A stretch of 64,000 nucleotides of DNA from Bacillota bacterium (GCA_035477115.1 DATIKW010000003.1:118-64117), one strand, 5' to 3'; positions 1 to 9,234 are shown, counted from the first letter of the stretch. Made by a program: numbers and translations. Notes: generated by a model from the sequence alone, not told the origin.

Positions 1-287
1 ACCAGAGGCGCCAGGATGGTCTGCCAGGACAGGCCATAGAACGGTCGGGGCATCGGCAACAGGAACGAACGCCAGCCCCAAAAGACGATGAACAGGAAGG
101 CCGCCTTGAGGTAGTGACCGTTCAGAAACTGGCCGGAGCCGACCAGGGGTGGCCAGAGGGACAAGAACGCGGGGATCCAGGGATAGGTTGGCGGGATAGC
201 AGGCACCCGGCGGGTGACGGCGCCGTCGAGTGGGTCCAAAAGATACAGGGCCAGGCCCAAAACGACGAGGTAGATGAGGTAATTCAC
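1..287 (-). CDS. Partial CDS (N-terminal portion, continues beyond window start): small hydrophobic membrane protein, function unknown
   Basis: Own minus-strand translation. GTG at 287-285 overlaps the TGA of the upstream ORF (GTGA), then reads VNYLIYLVVLGLALYLLDPLDGAV...GHYLKAAFLFIVFWGW... The frame stays open to position 1. It is absent from the ORF track because it runs off the window. Confidence 0.45.
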   Translation of the reverse strand, partial: MNYLIYLVVLGLALYLLDPLDGAVTRRVPAIPPTYPWIPAFLSLWPPLVGSGQFLNGHYLKAAFLFIVFWGWRSFLLPMPRPFYGLSWQTILAPL

Positions 288-916
288 GGTCCCGCTCCCG
301 TCTCGAAGGTGATGCTGCCCATGATCCACCGGTAGTCCGCCTCGTAATATGGGAAAAGGATGACGGGCACCAGGTAAGTTGCCTGATAGTATGCGCCTGC
401 CGCTCGGAAGTAGACATCGTATTGATAGTGGCGAACCGTGACGCCGGCCAGGGAGATGTCGAGTTCTTTGAGGTAGCGCATGCCCGGGTAACGGGCGAAG
501 GTGAAGTCGAAATCCCGGGCCACTCGCGTGGGCGCCCGGTGGAACAGGCGGTAGATGCCGGCGGCTTCGCGCCGCTCGTGTTCGCGGTATGCCGCGTAGT
601 CTTCGAGCGTCTGTCCCTGCTCAAGCGAGATGGTGCGGAGGCGGATCCGGGCGAAACCTCCGAGCGGGCTCGCCCGGAAGATCACCCCTTCAGCTTCCCC
701 GGGCAACTCGCCGGGCAAAGGAGCCGTCGAGGTACGCCAAGCGTCGAGGCTCCACGGCAACACGAAATCAACCCCGGTTTCGGCCACCGCGTGGAGACGT
801 CCTTCATCGCGATACAAGCCTGCCAACGCGCCGGCCAGCAAAGCCCACAGGGCGGCGTGGAGCAATACGCGGGAACCCCGCCGGTCAATGGTCGAGGCGC
901 GGGTCCAAGGCATCAC
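284..916 (-). CDS. Hypothetical protein with N-terminal hydrophobic anchor
   Basis: ORF track, 210 aa. LLHAALWALLAGALAGL looks like a signal or anchor helix. Both ends overlap neighbouring ORFs, suggesting co-transcription with the ABC operon. No family recognised. A GTG at about 868 would remove the 5' overlap. Confidence 0.55.
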   Translation of the reverse strand: MMPWTRASTIDRRGSRVLLHAALWALLAGALAGLYRDEGRLHAVAETGVDFVLPWSLDAWRTSTAPLPGELPGEAEGVIFRASPLGGFARIRLRTISLEQGQTLEDYAAYREHERREAAGIYRLFHRAPTRVARDFDFTFARYPGMRYLKELDISLAGVTVRHYQYDVYFRAAGAYYQATYLVPVILFPYYEADYRWIMGSITFETGAGP

Positions 917-1763
917 GGAGCGCGTCCCCCACGAGATTGAAGCTCATCACCGTCACGAAGATGAGCAGCCCGGGATAAACGGTGTACCACCATGCTCGCC
1001 GGATATAATCCCTTCCCTCGAACAACATGTTCCCCCAGCTCGGAGTGGGTGGCTGCACTCCGAGACCGAGATAAGACAAGGCGGACTCGGTGAGGATGGC
1101 CCCGGCCACGCTCAGCGTAGCGGCCACGATGATCGGCGCCATGGCGTTGGGCAGGATGTGGCGGAAGATGATCTTCGGGTCAGGCGCCCCGAGCGCGCGG
1201 GCGGCCTCGGTGAAATCCTGCTCCTTCAGGCTGAGGAAGGCCGCGCGGACCAGACGGGCAACCGGCGGCCAGGAGATGAGGCCGATGGTGGCGATGATGT
1301 TGAAGATGCTCGGCCCGATGACGGCCACCACGGTGAGGATCAGGAAGAGGGCGGGGAAAGAGATCACGATGTCCGTGAAACGCATCAGGACGTTATCGAT
1401 CCACCCGCCGTAGAATCCGGCGATGGCGCCGATGAGCGTACCGGCCGTGATCATGATGCCCACGGCGACGAAACCCACGCTCAAGGAGATGCGCGCCCCA
1501 AACAGCACTCGGGTCAGGATGTCCCGCCCGAAGAAGTCGGTGCCCATGGGATGGGTGGCGCAGGGTGGCTCGAGGCGGTTTCCGAGGTCGATCGCATATG
1601 GCGAGTGGGCGGTGAGGTGCGGCGCGAAAATGGCTGCTGCGTATAACAGCACCAGTACTACCAGACCCGCGATGGCCAGGCGGTGCCGGCGAAAGCGGGA
1701 CCAGAAGATCGCCCTCCATGAGAGATCGCGTTCAGCTTCGGCCAGGGTCATCGTCCGCGCCAT
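885..1763 (-). CDS. ABC peptide/nickel-type transporter permease (DppC/OppC type)
   Basis: 292 aa. N-terminal HSPYAIDL...PMGTDFFGRDILTRV and the EAA-loop region LSLKEQDFTEAARALGAPDPKIIFRHILPN are typical of OppC/DppC permeases. Confidence 0.9.
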   Translation of the reverse strand: MARTMTLAEAERDLSWRAIFWSRFRRHRLAIAGLVVLVLLYAAAIFAPHLTAHSPYAIDLGNRLEPPCATHPMGTDFFGRDILTRVLFGARISLSVGFVAVGIMITAGTLIGAIAGFYGGWIDNVLMRFTDIVISFPALFLILTVVAVIGPSIFNIIATIGLISWPPVARLVRAAFLSLKEQDFTEAARALGAPDPKIIFRHILPNAMAPIIVAATLSVAGAILTESALSYLGLGVQPPTPSWGNMLFEGRDYIRRAWWYTVYPGLLIFVTVMSFNLVGDALRDALDPRLDH

Positions 1764-1775
1764 CCCGGGACCCCC

Positions 1776-2729
1776 TTAGTCATACTTGATGCGAGGGTCG
1801 ACCAGCCCGTAGGCCAGGTCGGCAAGGAAGTTGCCGGCGACGACCAGCGTCGCGGCGATGGTGTTTATCGCCATCACCGTGGGGTAATCCCGCCGCATGA
1901 TCGCCGTCCAGGCCATACGCCCGATTCCGGGGATGGCGAAGACCTGCTCGGTAACGAGCGCCCCGCCGAAGAAACCGGGCAACGCCAGCCCGACGAGCGT
2001 GATCAGCGGGAGCAACGCGTTCTTGAGGGCATGCCGGTAGATGACCACGCGCTCCGCCAAGCCCTTCGAGCGGGCGGTCCGGATGTAATCCTGCCGGATT
2101 ACCTCCAGCATGCTGGATCGGGTATACCGGAAGTAGCCAGCCAGCGCGCCTCCATAGCCGAGGACGATGACCGGCATGATGAGATGGCGGGTCCGGTCCC
2201 AGAGGTCGAAACCGAGACCATGAGTCTGTATGCCCTGGGCGGGCAGCCAGCCCAGGGCGATGGTGAACAGCAGCATGAGGATCAAGGCGAACCAGAAGTT
2301 GGGAAGGGAGAGACCCACGAAGGCGAAAGCGCTGGCCACATGATCGGCTTTGGAGTACTGGCGTACGGCGCAGACGATCCCCAGGGGGATGCCGATACAG
2401 AAGGACACCAGGAACGCGGCGGCCATCAACAGGAAAGTGATGTCGATGCGCTCGACCACCCGTTCGAGGACCGGCCGGCCGTCATCAAAAGATCGGCCGA
2501 AGTCCCCCCGCAGCAGGCGGACGACCCACCGGTAATACTGGACATGCAGGGGCCGGTCCAAGCCCAGCGCTCGTTCCATGGCCTCGAAGGATGCCGGGTC
2601 CGCGGTGGGATCGACCAGCAGGGCGGCCGGCGAGCCCGGAGCCAGATGGATGATGAAGAAACTGATCATGGTGATGCCGAGCAGGATGGGAACGGCCTGG
2701 AGCACTCGGCGAAGCACGTACCTTCGCAT
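1776..2729 (-). CDS. ABC peptide/nickel-type transporter permease (DppB/OppB type)
   Basis: 317 aa. The MRRYVLRRVLQAVPILLGITMISFFIIHLAPG N-terminus and YIRTARSKGL motif are typical of OppB/DppB permeases. Confidence 0.9.
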   Translation of the reverse strand: MRRYVLRRVLQAVPILLGITMISFFIIHLAPGSPAALLVDPTADPASFEAMERALGLDRPLHVQYYRWVVRLLRGDFGRSFDDGRPVLERVVERIDITFLLMAAAFLVSFCIGIPLGIVCAVRQYSKADHVASAFAFVGLSLPNFWFALILMLLFTIALGWLPAQGIQTHGLGFDLWDRTRHLIMPVIVLGYGGALAGYFRYTRSSMLEVIRQDYIRTARSKGLAERVVIYRHALKNALLPLITLVGLALPGFFGGALVTEQVFAIPGIGRMAWTAIMRRDYPTVMAINTIAATLVVAGNFLADLAYGLVDPRIKYD

Positions 2730-2843
2730 TGAATCCCCCTCCTCCCGGTCGTCCCGCCCGCGCGAGCGGCGCAGAGGGCGCCCGGCCGCCCGTACGGACG
2801 CCCTTCACCCGTCGCCTCAAGCGAGGTTCCCTGCAAGTTGGTT

Positions 2844-4628
2844 TCAGTTCAGGTGCGGGCCCGCTTGCAACTCCGCCGGAATCCAGAGGTCTTCCGCATA
2901 GAACAACGGACTTGCGATCGGACTCACCTTGATCTCCCCTCGAATCCGGTTGCCCACGGCGTGGATGGCGTTAGGGTAGAACAGGAAGACGTACGGCTGA
3001 TCCTCGGCCAGGATTGCCTGCATCTCCTGGTAGATCTCCCGCCGCCGATCGATATCGCCTACCCGGCGCCCTTCCTCGAGGAGTTCGTCCACCCGCGCGT
3101 TGGAGTAGCTCACGAAGTTGAAGGGACCGCCCTCCGTGTGCCAGATGCTGAAGGCATCCGGGTCGACGCCCAGCGACCAGCCGACGATGACCGACTCGAA
3201 ATTCTTGGCCAGCAAGACGTCGCTGACGAAGGTAGCCCACTCCACCAGTTTGATCTCCACCTCAATGCCAACGTCCTTGAGGTTACTCTGGATGACCACT
3301 GCCGCCTGCTCGCGCATGCGGTTGCCCAGGTTGGTCTGAAGCAGGAAGCTGAACCGTACGCCGTCCCGCTGCAGGATGCCGTCGGCCCCCGGGGTCCAGC
3401 CGGCTTCGGCCAGCAAGCTCCTGGCCCGGGCCGCGTCGAACGGGAAGGTACGGACGTCCGGGTTGTAGTCCCAGCGTGCGGGACTGCCGTGGGTCCAAGC
3501 CACGGTGCCGTGTCCCATCAGGAGTTCGTCGACCATCACTTCCTTGTTGATGGCATGGGAAACGGCGTGACGGACCCGCACATCCTGGAACAGCGGATTG
3601 GCCAGGTTGAGCCCGAGATAAGTGTAAGCGAAGGTCGGCGTCGTCATCAGCCGGAGATGGGGCATGGCCTTGAACCGCTCGTACTCTTCGGGGGTGACTC
3701 CTCCGAAATCGATTTCCTTCGCTTCCAGGGCGATTTCGAGCGTCTTCTGGTCGGGGATCACCCGCGTGACCAGTTCATCGCCGTGCGCGGGCGGCTTGCC
3801 ATCGCGGCCGCCTTCCCAGTCCGCATTGCGGACCACGGCGATGTGTTGGTCGGGCAACCATTCCTTCCAGCGGAAGGGGCCGCTGCCGACCGGGTTGCGC
3901 GAGAAATCATGGTCCTTGACATCCCGGCCATGGACGTCGCCCAGGATGTGACGGGGGATGATGTGGTAGGCCGCCGTCCGGGTGAGGAAGATAGCCATCG
4001 GCGTCTCCAGGGTGAACCGCACCGTGAGATCATCCAGGGCCTTGACCGCGCCCAGGGCTCTCCACGCCTCGAAAGCCCCGGTCACTCGCCGGTCGTGAGT
4101 CTCCTGGTCGATTTCCTCGGCGTCAAGAGCCTTCTTGGCGGCGGCGAGTTCGTCGAGGTAGGCTGCATAGCCGAGCAACATGGCCATGTCCGCCCGTCGC
4201 GGCCCGGTATAGAACGGGTTCATGAAACTCTCATAGGTGAACACGACGTCGTGGGCGGTGAAGGGTTGACCGTCGTGCCACCTCTGCTCGGGGCGGAGCC
4301 GGAAAGTGTAAATCAGTTCATCCGCGGAGACCTCGGGGAAACTCTCGGCTGCGTTCGGCACGAGTTCGACTTCCCGGTTCCAGGCCATGAGGCTGTTCTG
4401 GAAAAGGTGGTGGGTGATGTCCCCCGAGGCGGTATCGGCGACGTAAATGGGGTTCATGGTCTGAGCGTCGGCGATACTGCCCCGGATCATGATGCCGCCG
4501 GATACAATCTCGACGCCCGGCTCCTCCTCGGGAACCCGGCGGGGACACCCCGCAGCCAAGACGGTCAGCCCGGCCAGGAGGACGACGAGGGTGGCCGCCA
4601 ACCAGCGATAACGCGCCAGTCCCTTCAT
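2844..4628 (-). CDS. ABC transporter substrate-binding lipoprotein, family 5 (peptide/nickel type)
   Basis: 594 aa. Hydrophobic signal ending in the lipobox-like LAAGC, with an SBP family-5-like body. SD AGAGGGGGA lies just upstream of the ATG at 4628. It is the first gene of the three-gene transporter operon; no ATPase genes are adjacent. Confidence 0.9.
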   Translation of the reverse strand: MKGLARYRWLAATLVVLLAGLTVLAAGCPRRVPEEEPGVEIVSGGIMIRGSIADAQTMNPIYVADTASGDITHHLFQNSLMAWNREVELVPNAAESFPEVSADELIYTFRLRPEQRWHDGQPFTAHDVVFTYESFMNPFYTGPRRADMAMLLGYAAYLDELAAAKKALDAEEIDQETHDRRVTGAFEAWRALGAVKALDDLTVRFTLETPMAIFLTRTAAYHIIPRHILGDVHGRDVKDHDFSRNPVGSGPFRWKEWLPDQHIAVVRNADWEGGRDGKPPAHGDELVTRVIPDQKTLEIALEAKEIDFGGVTPEEYERFKAMPHLRLMTTPTFAYTYLGLNLANPLFQDVRVRHAVSHAINKEVMVDELLMGHGTVAWTHGSPARWDYNPDVRTFPFDAARARSLLAEAGWTPGADGILQRDGVRFSFLLQTNLGNRMREQAAVVIQSNLKDVGIEVEIKLVEWATFVSDVLLAKNFESVIVGWSLGVDPDAFSIWHTEGGPFNFVSYSNARVDELLEEGRRVGDIDRRREIYQEMQAILAEDQPYVFLFYPNAIHAVGNRIRGEIKVSPIASPLFYAEDLWIPAELQAGPHLN

Positions 4629-4926
4629 ATCGACTCAGTCCCCCTCTTTACGGCTCTGTGCCGCATTACGGCCCTGCTCAGTCACCAGCCAGCCTACTGA
4701 TGTCCGCGACTGCTCTTGTGCCATCCCTCCCCAGAATTCGCGCTCGAAGCGGTCGTCCTCGGAGGTGTCGTACTTTGAGGGCGACCCGCTCATTACCATA
4801 TGCGCCGGAAAGCCTTTCCTCTCCACCGGTCATCCCCGATCGCGTCTTGAGAGTTTTGCGGGGGCGGGGTGGGGGTCTACTACGAAGATGCGGTTAAGGT
4901 CGTGGCGGCCCGAGCGGCACGGGAGT

Positions 4927-5832
4927 CTACCGGGGATGCCTCTGATGCGGTGTCGGATCGAACCCGAGCCACTCGATTCCGTCCACGCCGTCAAGCCGCT
5001 TGGCCATAACTTCAAGCGCCTCCACGCTGCTATCCACCAGGATGAAGCGACGGCCAAGCTCAAGTGCGGCCACACCGGTCGTGCCGCTGCCGGCGAAGAA
5101 GTCGAGCACGAGGTCGCCCGGGCGCGACGATGCACTGATGATGCGACGAAGGATGCCGAGCGGCTTCTGCGTCGGATATCCGGTCTTTTCCGAACCGCTT
5201 GTCGGGACGATCGTGTGCCACCAAGTGTCGGTAGGGAGTTTCCCGCGCGCCGCCTTCTCGGGGCCGACGAGGCCGGGCGCCATGTACGGGATCCGTTCAA
5301 TCGCATCGACGTTGAACACGTAGTCGGACGGATCCTTGGCATAGAGCAGGATGTTATCGTGTTTCGGCGGCCATCGGTCCTTGGGCCGGCCACCGTAGTC
5401 GTAGGCCCAGATGATCTCGTTCAAGAAGGCCTCACGGCCGAAGATGGTGTCGAGTAGGACTTTACAGTAGTGCACTTCCCGATAATCGACGTGGACGTAC
5501 AAAGACCCGCGCCGTGCCAAGACGCGATGGGCCTCGATCAGGCGTGGCTCAAGAAAAGCCAGGTAGTCATCGAAGAGGTCGCTGAAGCGCTTGGTCCCCA
5601 CGACAATGCTCTCGTAGCGGCGCCCCTGGAATCCGAGCCGGTCGCCTTCCGCGGAACGCACCGTCTTGAGTTGTGTTCGTCGCTGAACTCTTCCGGTGTT
5701 GAAGGGAGGATCGATGTAGATCAGATCCGCGGAGGCCGAGGGCAGCACTCGAAGGACCTCGAGGTTATCGGCCAAGTGGACTCTGCCGATCACTCCATCG
5801 TCCATGGGCGGCGTGAACTCACGTTCGCGCAC
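4927..5832 (-). CDS. Site-specific DNA methyltransferase, beta-class N6_N4 type (probably N6-adenine); no adjacent restriction partner
   Basis: 301 aa. Motif IV LIYIDPPFNTG lies N-terminal to motif I DFFAGSGTTGVAA, which is the beta-class order. Also carries the TQKP motif. The start is uncertain (GTG 5832 or ATG 5805). Confidence 0.85.
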   Translation of the reverse strand: MREREFTPPMDDGVIGRVHLADNLEVLRVLPSASADLIYIDPPFNTGRVQRRTQLKTVRSAEGDRLGFQGRRYESIVVGTKRFSDLFDDYLAFLEPRLIEAHRVLARRGSLYVHVDYREVHYCKVLLDTIFGREAFLNEIIWAYDYGGRPKDRWPPKHDNILLYAKDPSDYVFNVDAIERIPYMAPGLVGPEKAARGKLPTDTWWHTIVPTSGSEKTGYPTQKPLGILRRIISASSRPGDLVLDFFAGSGTTGVAALELGRRFILVDSSVEALEVMAKRLDGVDGIEWLGFDPTPHQRHPR

Positions 5833-5955
5833 CTCCCGCCAAGGCTTGCATCAGCGTTCAAATTCTAAAGTGCGACGGGAAGTACCTCCTGTCGATGCCA
5901 CGGAGCAGGCATCGATCGCGAGTCATATCCTGTCTCCGGGAAGGGACTTTCTGTT

Positions 5956-6009
5956 CCGGGCTATCCTGTACTGGGAGGATAGCCCGGGGAGGTGTCGAAA
6001 GACACTTTT
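5956..6009 (+). promoter_or_regulatory. Structured leader upstream of the DmpA-family gene: an 11-bp hairpin followed by a GAAA-tetraloop hairpin plus a T-run
   Basis: CCGGGCTATCC(5956-5966)/GGATAGCCCGG(5977-5987), then GTGTC-GAAA-GACAC (5992-6005) followed by TTTT (6006-9). No plus-strand gene lies upstream that it could terminate. Confidence 0.3.
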
Positions 6010-6027
6010 CGCGCGAGGGGGTCAGCA

Positions 6028-7119
6028 GTGGGACGAGGCATGAGGGCGAGAGATCTGGGCATTCATCTGGGTTCCCTGCCTACGGGCCCCTTGAACGCGA
6101 TCACCGATGTCCCCGGGGTTCGTGTCGGCCACCGCACGCTGATCGAGGGCCGGGAGATCCGCACGGGAGTTACCGCCATCGTGTTCGATGGCTGCCGGGG
6201 AGGCGCCTTGCCTGACCGCCTGTTCGCCGGGGTCCATGTGTTCAGCGGCGCGGGCGAACTCGCCGGGCACATCCTGATCGCCGAGTGGGGGTTCATCGAG
6301 TCTCCCATCTTGTTGACCAATACCTTGAGCCTCGACGATGTTCGGGCAGCCGCCCTTCGCTACCTGGGGGAGTGCTACCCGGCGCTCGGCCTGACCGCCG
6401 ACCCGATCGGCCCCATCGTTGCCGAGTGCGACGACAGCTACCTGAACGACATGCGAGGCCGCCATGTGCGGGAGGAGGACGTCCGTCAGGCGCTGGCGGC
6501 GGCGAATGCCGGCCCGGTCGATGAAGGGAATGTCGGCGCCGGCACCGGCATGTACAGTTTTGACTTCAAGTCAGGGATCGGCACGGCTTCCCGCCAACTC
6601 CCCGCTCAACAGGGGAACTACCGGGTGGGATGCCTGCTCGTGACCAACATGGGGGAACGACGGCGGCTGACGATTGCCGGAGTCCCCGTGGGCGAGGAGA
6701 TCACCGATCTCCTGACGACGGACGTGGTCGAGGGGTCGGGGGTGGTGGTGGTGGCAACCGATGCTCCCATGCTGCCGCACCAACTGGGGCAACTCGCCCG
6801 GCGTGCCGCCATTGGCCTGGGCCGGGTGGGTTCGTACGGTTCCCACGGCAGCGGCGAATTCGTGATCGCGGTCTCCACCGGCATCATCGTGCCCAGGGTC
6901 TCTCCGGCGCCGACCTTCGCGCTGGAGACCTTGGTCCCCTCGCGGTCGCGATTCAATCCCTTGTACGAAGCAGCCATCGAGAGTTGCGAGGAGGCGGTCG
7001 TCAATTCCCTCTTGCAGGCGGAGACGATGGACGGTCGCGACGGACATACCGCCCACGCCATACCGGTCGACAGGCTACTTGACAGTCTGCTGCGCCACGG
7101 GCGGATCAGGTCGCGCTGA
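6028..7119 (+). CDS. DmpA/peptidase S58 family aminopeptidase (paralog 1)
   Basis: LPTGPLNAITDVPGVRVGH N-terminal signature, and a self-processing-type site EGS-GVVVVATDAPM. The track ORF starts at 5992. GTG 6028 has SD GAGGGGG 6 nt upstream; ATG 6040 is an alternative. Confidence 0.85.
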   Translation: MGRGMRARDLGIHLGSLPTGPLNAITDVPGVRVGHRTLIEGREIRTGVTAIVFDGCRGGALPDRLFAGVHVFSGAGELAGHILIAEWGFIESPILLTNTLSLDDVRAAALRYLGECYPALGLTADPIGPIVAECDDSYLNDMRGRHVREEDVRQALAAANAGPVDEGNVGAGTGMYSFDFKSGIGTASRQLPAQQGNYRVGCLLVTNMGERRRLTIAGVPVGEEITDLLTTDVVEGSGVVVVATDAPMLPHQLGQLARRAAIGLGRVGSYGSHGSGEFVIAVSTGIIVPRVSPAPTFALETLVPSRSRFNPLYEAAIESCEEAVVNSLLQAETMDGRDGHTAHAIPVDRLLDSLLRHGRIRSR

Positions 7120-7140
7120 GCGGGAAGGAGGCAGGCTTCG

Positions 7141-7680
7141 GTGTCGGGAGAACACGGTAAGGGACTCGTGGTGGTGTATACGGGTGACGGCAAGGGGAAG
7201 ACCACGGCCGCGCTGGGCCTGGCCCTACGGGCGGCAGGCCACGGCCGCAAGGTCTTCATCATCCAGTTCATGAAGGGCGATCCGGACTACGGCGAACTCG
7301 TCGCCATCCGACGGCACCTTGGGGGCTACATCGAAGTAGTCCAGAGCGGACTGCCAACGTTCGTCGACCGTGACGACCCCAGCCCCGAAGACCGCCGCCT
7401 GGCAAGGGAGGGGATGGACCTGGCTGGAGACATCCTGAAAGCTGGGGCTCATGACCTGGTGATCCTGGATGAGGTGAATGTGGCTCTCGATTACGGATTG
7501 GTGAACCTACAGGAGCTGCTGGAGGATGTGGCCAACCGTGCTCCGGGCGTGGACGTGGTGCTCACCGGAAGGGACGCCCCTGCCGCCTTGCTGGCGGCGG
7601 CCGACCTGGTGAGCGAGGTCGTAGAGGTAAAACACCACTTTCGGCGCGGCGTACCCGCCCGGAAGGGCATGGAGCACTGA
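7141..7680 (+). CDS. cobO: Cob(I)yrinic acid a,c-diamide / cob(I)alamin adenosyltransferase (CobO/BtuR type)
   Basis: 179 aa. KGLVVVYTGDGKGKTTAALGLALRAAGHGRKVFIIQFMKG is the CobA/CobO/BtuR P-loop signature. GTG start is preceded by GGAAGGAGG. Confidence 0.9.
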   Translation: MSGEHGKGLVVVYTGDGKGKTTAALGLALRAAGHGRKVFIIQFMKGDPDYGELVAIRRHLGGYIEVVQSGLPTFVDRDDPSPEDRRLAREGMDLAGDILKAGAHDLVILDEVNVALDYGLVNLQELLEDVANRAPGVDVVLTGRDAPAALLAAADLVSEVVEVKHHFRRGVPARKGMEH

Positions 7681-7697
7681 AGCCGCGGGAGGAGAGG

Positions 7698-8219
7698 ATG
7701 AGGCCGGGTGAGAAGTACCTCCGTGGTCGGGAGGGGGGCGTACCATCAGTGTGGCGCCTGGGAGAACTGGCCCGGAACCGGGCAGAACAGTCCAGGATGC
7801 GTGGCGAACTCGTGCAGGTCGCTGGACGGCGGCCGATCCGGTATTGGCGAGCCCGCGGCGTGGCGGGTGCGACCAGCTTTGACCGGATCACCTTAGCTTT
7901 TGCCGATCGGAGTTTTCTGGAGATCTACTCCACGGGACTGGACGACCGGGGGCGAGTCGTGGGTCTCCTTCAACTCAGGCGCCAGGACTTCCGCCAACCC
8001 TTCTCCCGCGGCACGGCCTCGTGTCTGGAGTTGACCCTCACGGGGGGGGAAGGATGGGCGGGCAAACCGATTAGCTCCTGTCGGATCACGCGAGATGGAC
8101 GGGGTGAAACCCTGACCATCCTCGGCCCGGAGGGCATCCTGCTGGACGTCCGCGCCACCGCGGTCAACGGGCGCGGCGGCATCATCTTGCGCTTGCGGCA
8201 CGCCCACGACTGGGAATGA
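7698..8219 (+). CDS. Hypothetical protein
   Basis: 173-aa ORF that fills the gap between cobO and the next gene. Codon third positions are GC-rich like the neighbours. No family recognised. An internal ATG near 7797 is a possible alternative start. Confidence 0.5.
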   Translation: MRPGEKYLRGREGGVPSVWRLGELARNRAEQSRMRGELVQVAGRRPIRYWRARGVAGATSFDRITLAFADRSFLEIYSTGLDDRGRVVGLLQLRRQDFRQPFSRGTASCLELTLTGGEGWAGKPISSCRITRDGRGETLTILGPEGILLDVRATAVNGRGGIILRLRHAHDWE

Positions 8220-8223
8220 GCGC

Positions 8224-9234
8224 ATGAAGGGACCGCCGCCGACCGGGAAGGTCCCCCCCTGGGTGCTCGAATGCTGCATTTTCCCGTATCTCGGCGCCCG
8301 CCGGTCCGAGGTGATCGTACGAGCCGGCCTGGGCGAAGACGCCGCCGTATTCGATCCCGATGGCCTCCTGGTCGCCGTCTCGACCGACCCGATCACCGCC
8401 GCCGGCAAGCGGATGGGATGGTATGCTGCCCATGTTGCCCTGAACGACGTTGCCGCGGGAGGCGCCAGGCCGCTCGGCCTGTTGGTCACCATCATCCTGC
8501 CGCCCGGTCTCGCGCCGGCTGTCCTGGCCGAACTGCAACGCGACTTGGCGGAGGCCGCTTCGGACGCGGGCGTCGAGGTGCTGGGGGGCCACACCGAGTT
8601 CAGTGATGCCGTGACCCGACCGGTCATCGTGGCCACGGGGATCGGGCTCATCCCCCCGGGGGGCCGACGAGGGTCCGCGGGCGGAAGGGCGGGTGACAGC
8701 CTGGTACTCACCAAGACGGCCGGAGTGGAGGGCACGGCCATTTTGGCGAGGGATTACCCCGATCGCCTGGCAGGCATCCTGACACCCGCGGAGTCGGAAG
8801 CGGCCAAGGCGATGCTCGCCCGGATCAGCGTGGTGCCCGAAGCGCTGTTGGCCGCCGAGAACGGAGCTACCGCCATGCATGACGTGACCGAGGGCGGCGT
8901 GATCGGAGCAGCCTGGGAGATGGCGCGCGCCTCGCGCACCGGTTTCCGATTGGATCGGGACCGGGTGCCCGTGGCGCCGGTGACCGCCAAGCTCGCCGCG
9001 ACGCTCCAGTTCGACCCGATGAGGCTGATCTCCAGCGGTTCCCTGCTGATCGCTACCGCCCGGCCTGAGGTCATGGTGAGCGTGTTGGCCCGTGCGAGTA
9101 TCGATGCCGCCGTCATCGGCACCCTGACGCCGAGCGGTTATCTCGTCGTTGGCGGCGACTCCGCCGGCGAGCTGTCTCCGGACTTCTCTCCCGACGACGA
9201 GCTGTTCCGCCTGGTAACGGGTTGGCACGGTTGA
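8224..9234 (+). CDS. AIR synthase-related (PurM/ThiL/HypE/SelD superfamily) protein
   Basis: 336 aa. GEDAAVF...VSTDPIT...AAHVALNDVAAGGARP is the N-terminal AIRS-domain pattern, followed by a C-terminal AIRS_C-like half. It lacks a HypE-type C-terminal Cys motif. Confidence 0.8.
   Translation: MKGPPPTGKVPPWVLECCIFPYLGARRSEVIVRAGLGEDAAVFDPDGLLVAVSTDPITAAGKRMGWYAAHVALNDVAAGGARPLGLLVTIILPPGLAPAVLAELQRDLAEAASDAGVEVLGGHTEFSDAVTRPVIVATGIGLIPPGGRRGSAGGRAGDSLVLTKTAGVEGTAILARDYPDRLAGILTPAESEAAKAMLARISVVPEALLAAENGATAMHDVTEGGVIGAAWEMARASRTGFRLDRDRVPVAPVTAKLAATLQFDPMRLISSGSLLIATARPEVMVSVLARASIDAAVIGTLTPSGYLVVGGDSAGELSPDFSPDDELFRLVTGWHG

Noticed and set aside
2838-4700. 620-aa plus-strand ORF covering the whole substrate-binding protein gene
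   Set aside because: It is an antisense shadow ORF typical of GC-rich DNA. The translation is low-complexity and Arg/Gly/Pro/His-rich with no recognisable domain, while the minus-strand frame encodes a clear family-5 SBP. The same reasoning rejects 630..1646(+), 2031..2732(+), 7893..8741(-), 8182..9228(-), 14112..15674(-), 26183..27337(-), 27773..28711(-), 38710..40362(-), 44177..45892(+), 54686..55633(-) and similar ORFs.
4635-4826. 63-aa minus-strand ORF between the methyltransferase and the SBP gene
   Set aside because: Its codon third-position GC is only moderately elevated (about 45 of 63 codons by hand count). No family was recognised, and it covers the expected promoter and SD region of the transporter operon. 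It cannot be supported as a gene without expression or conservation data.
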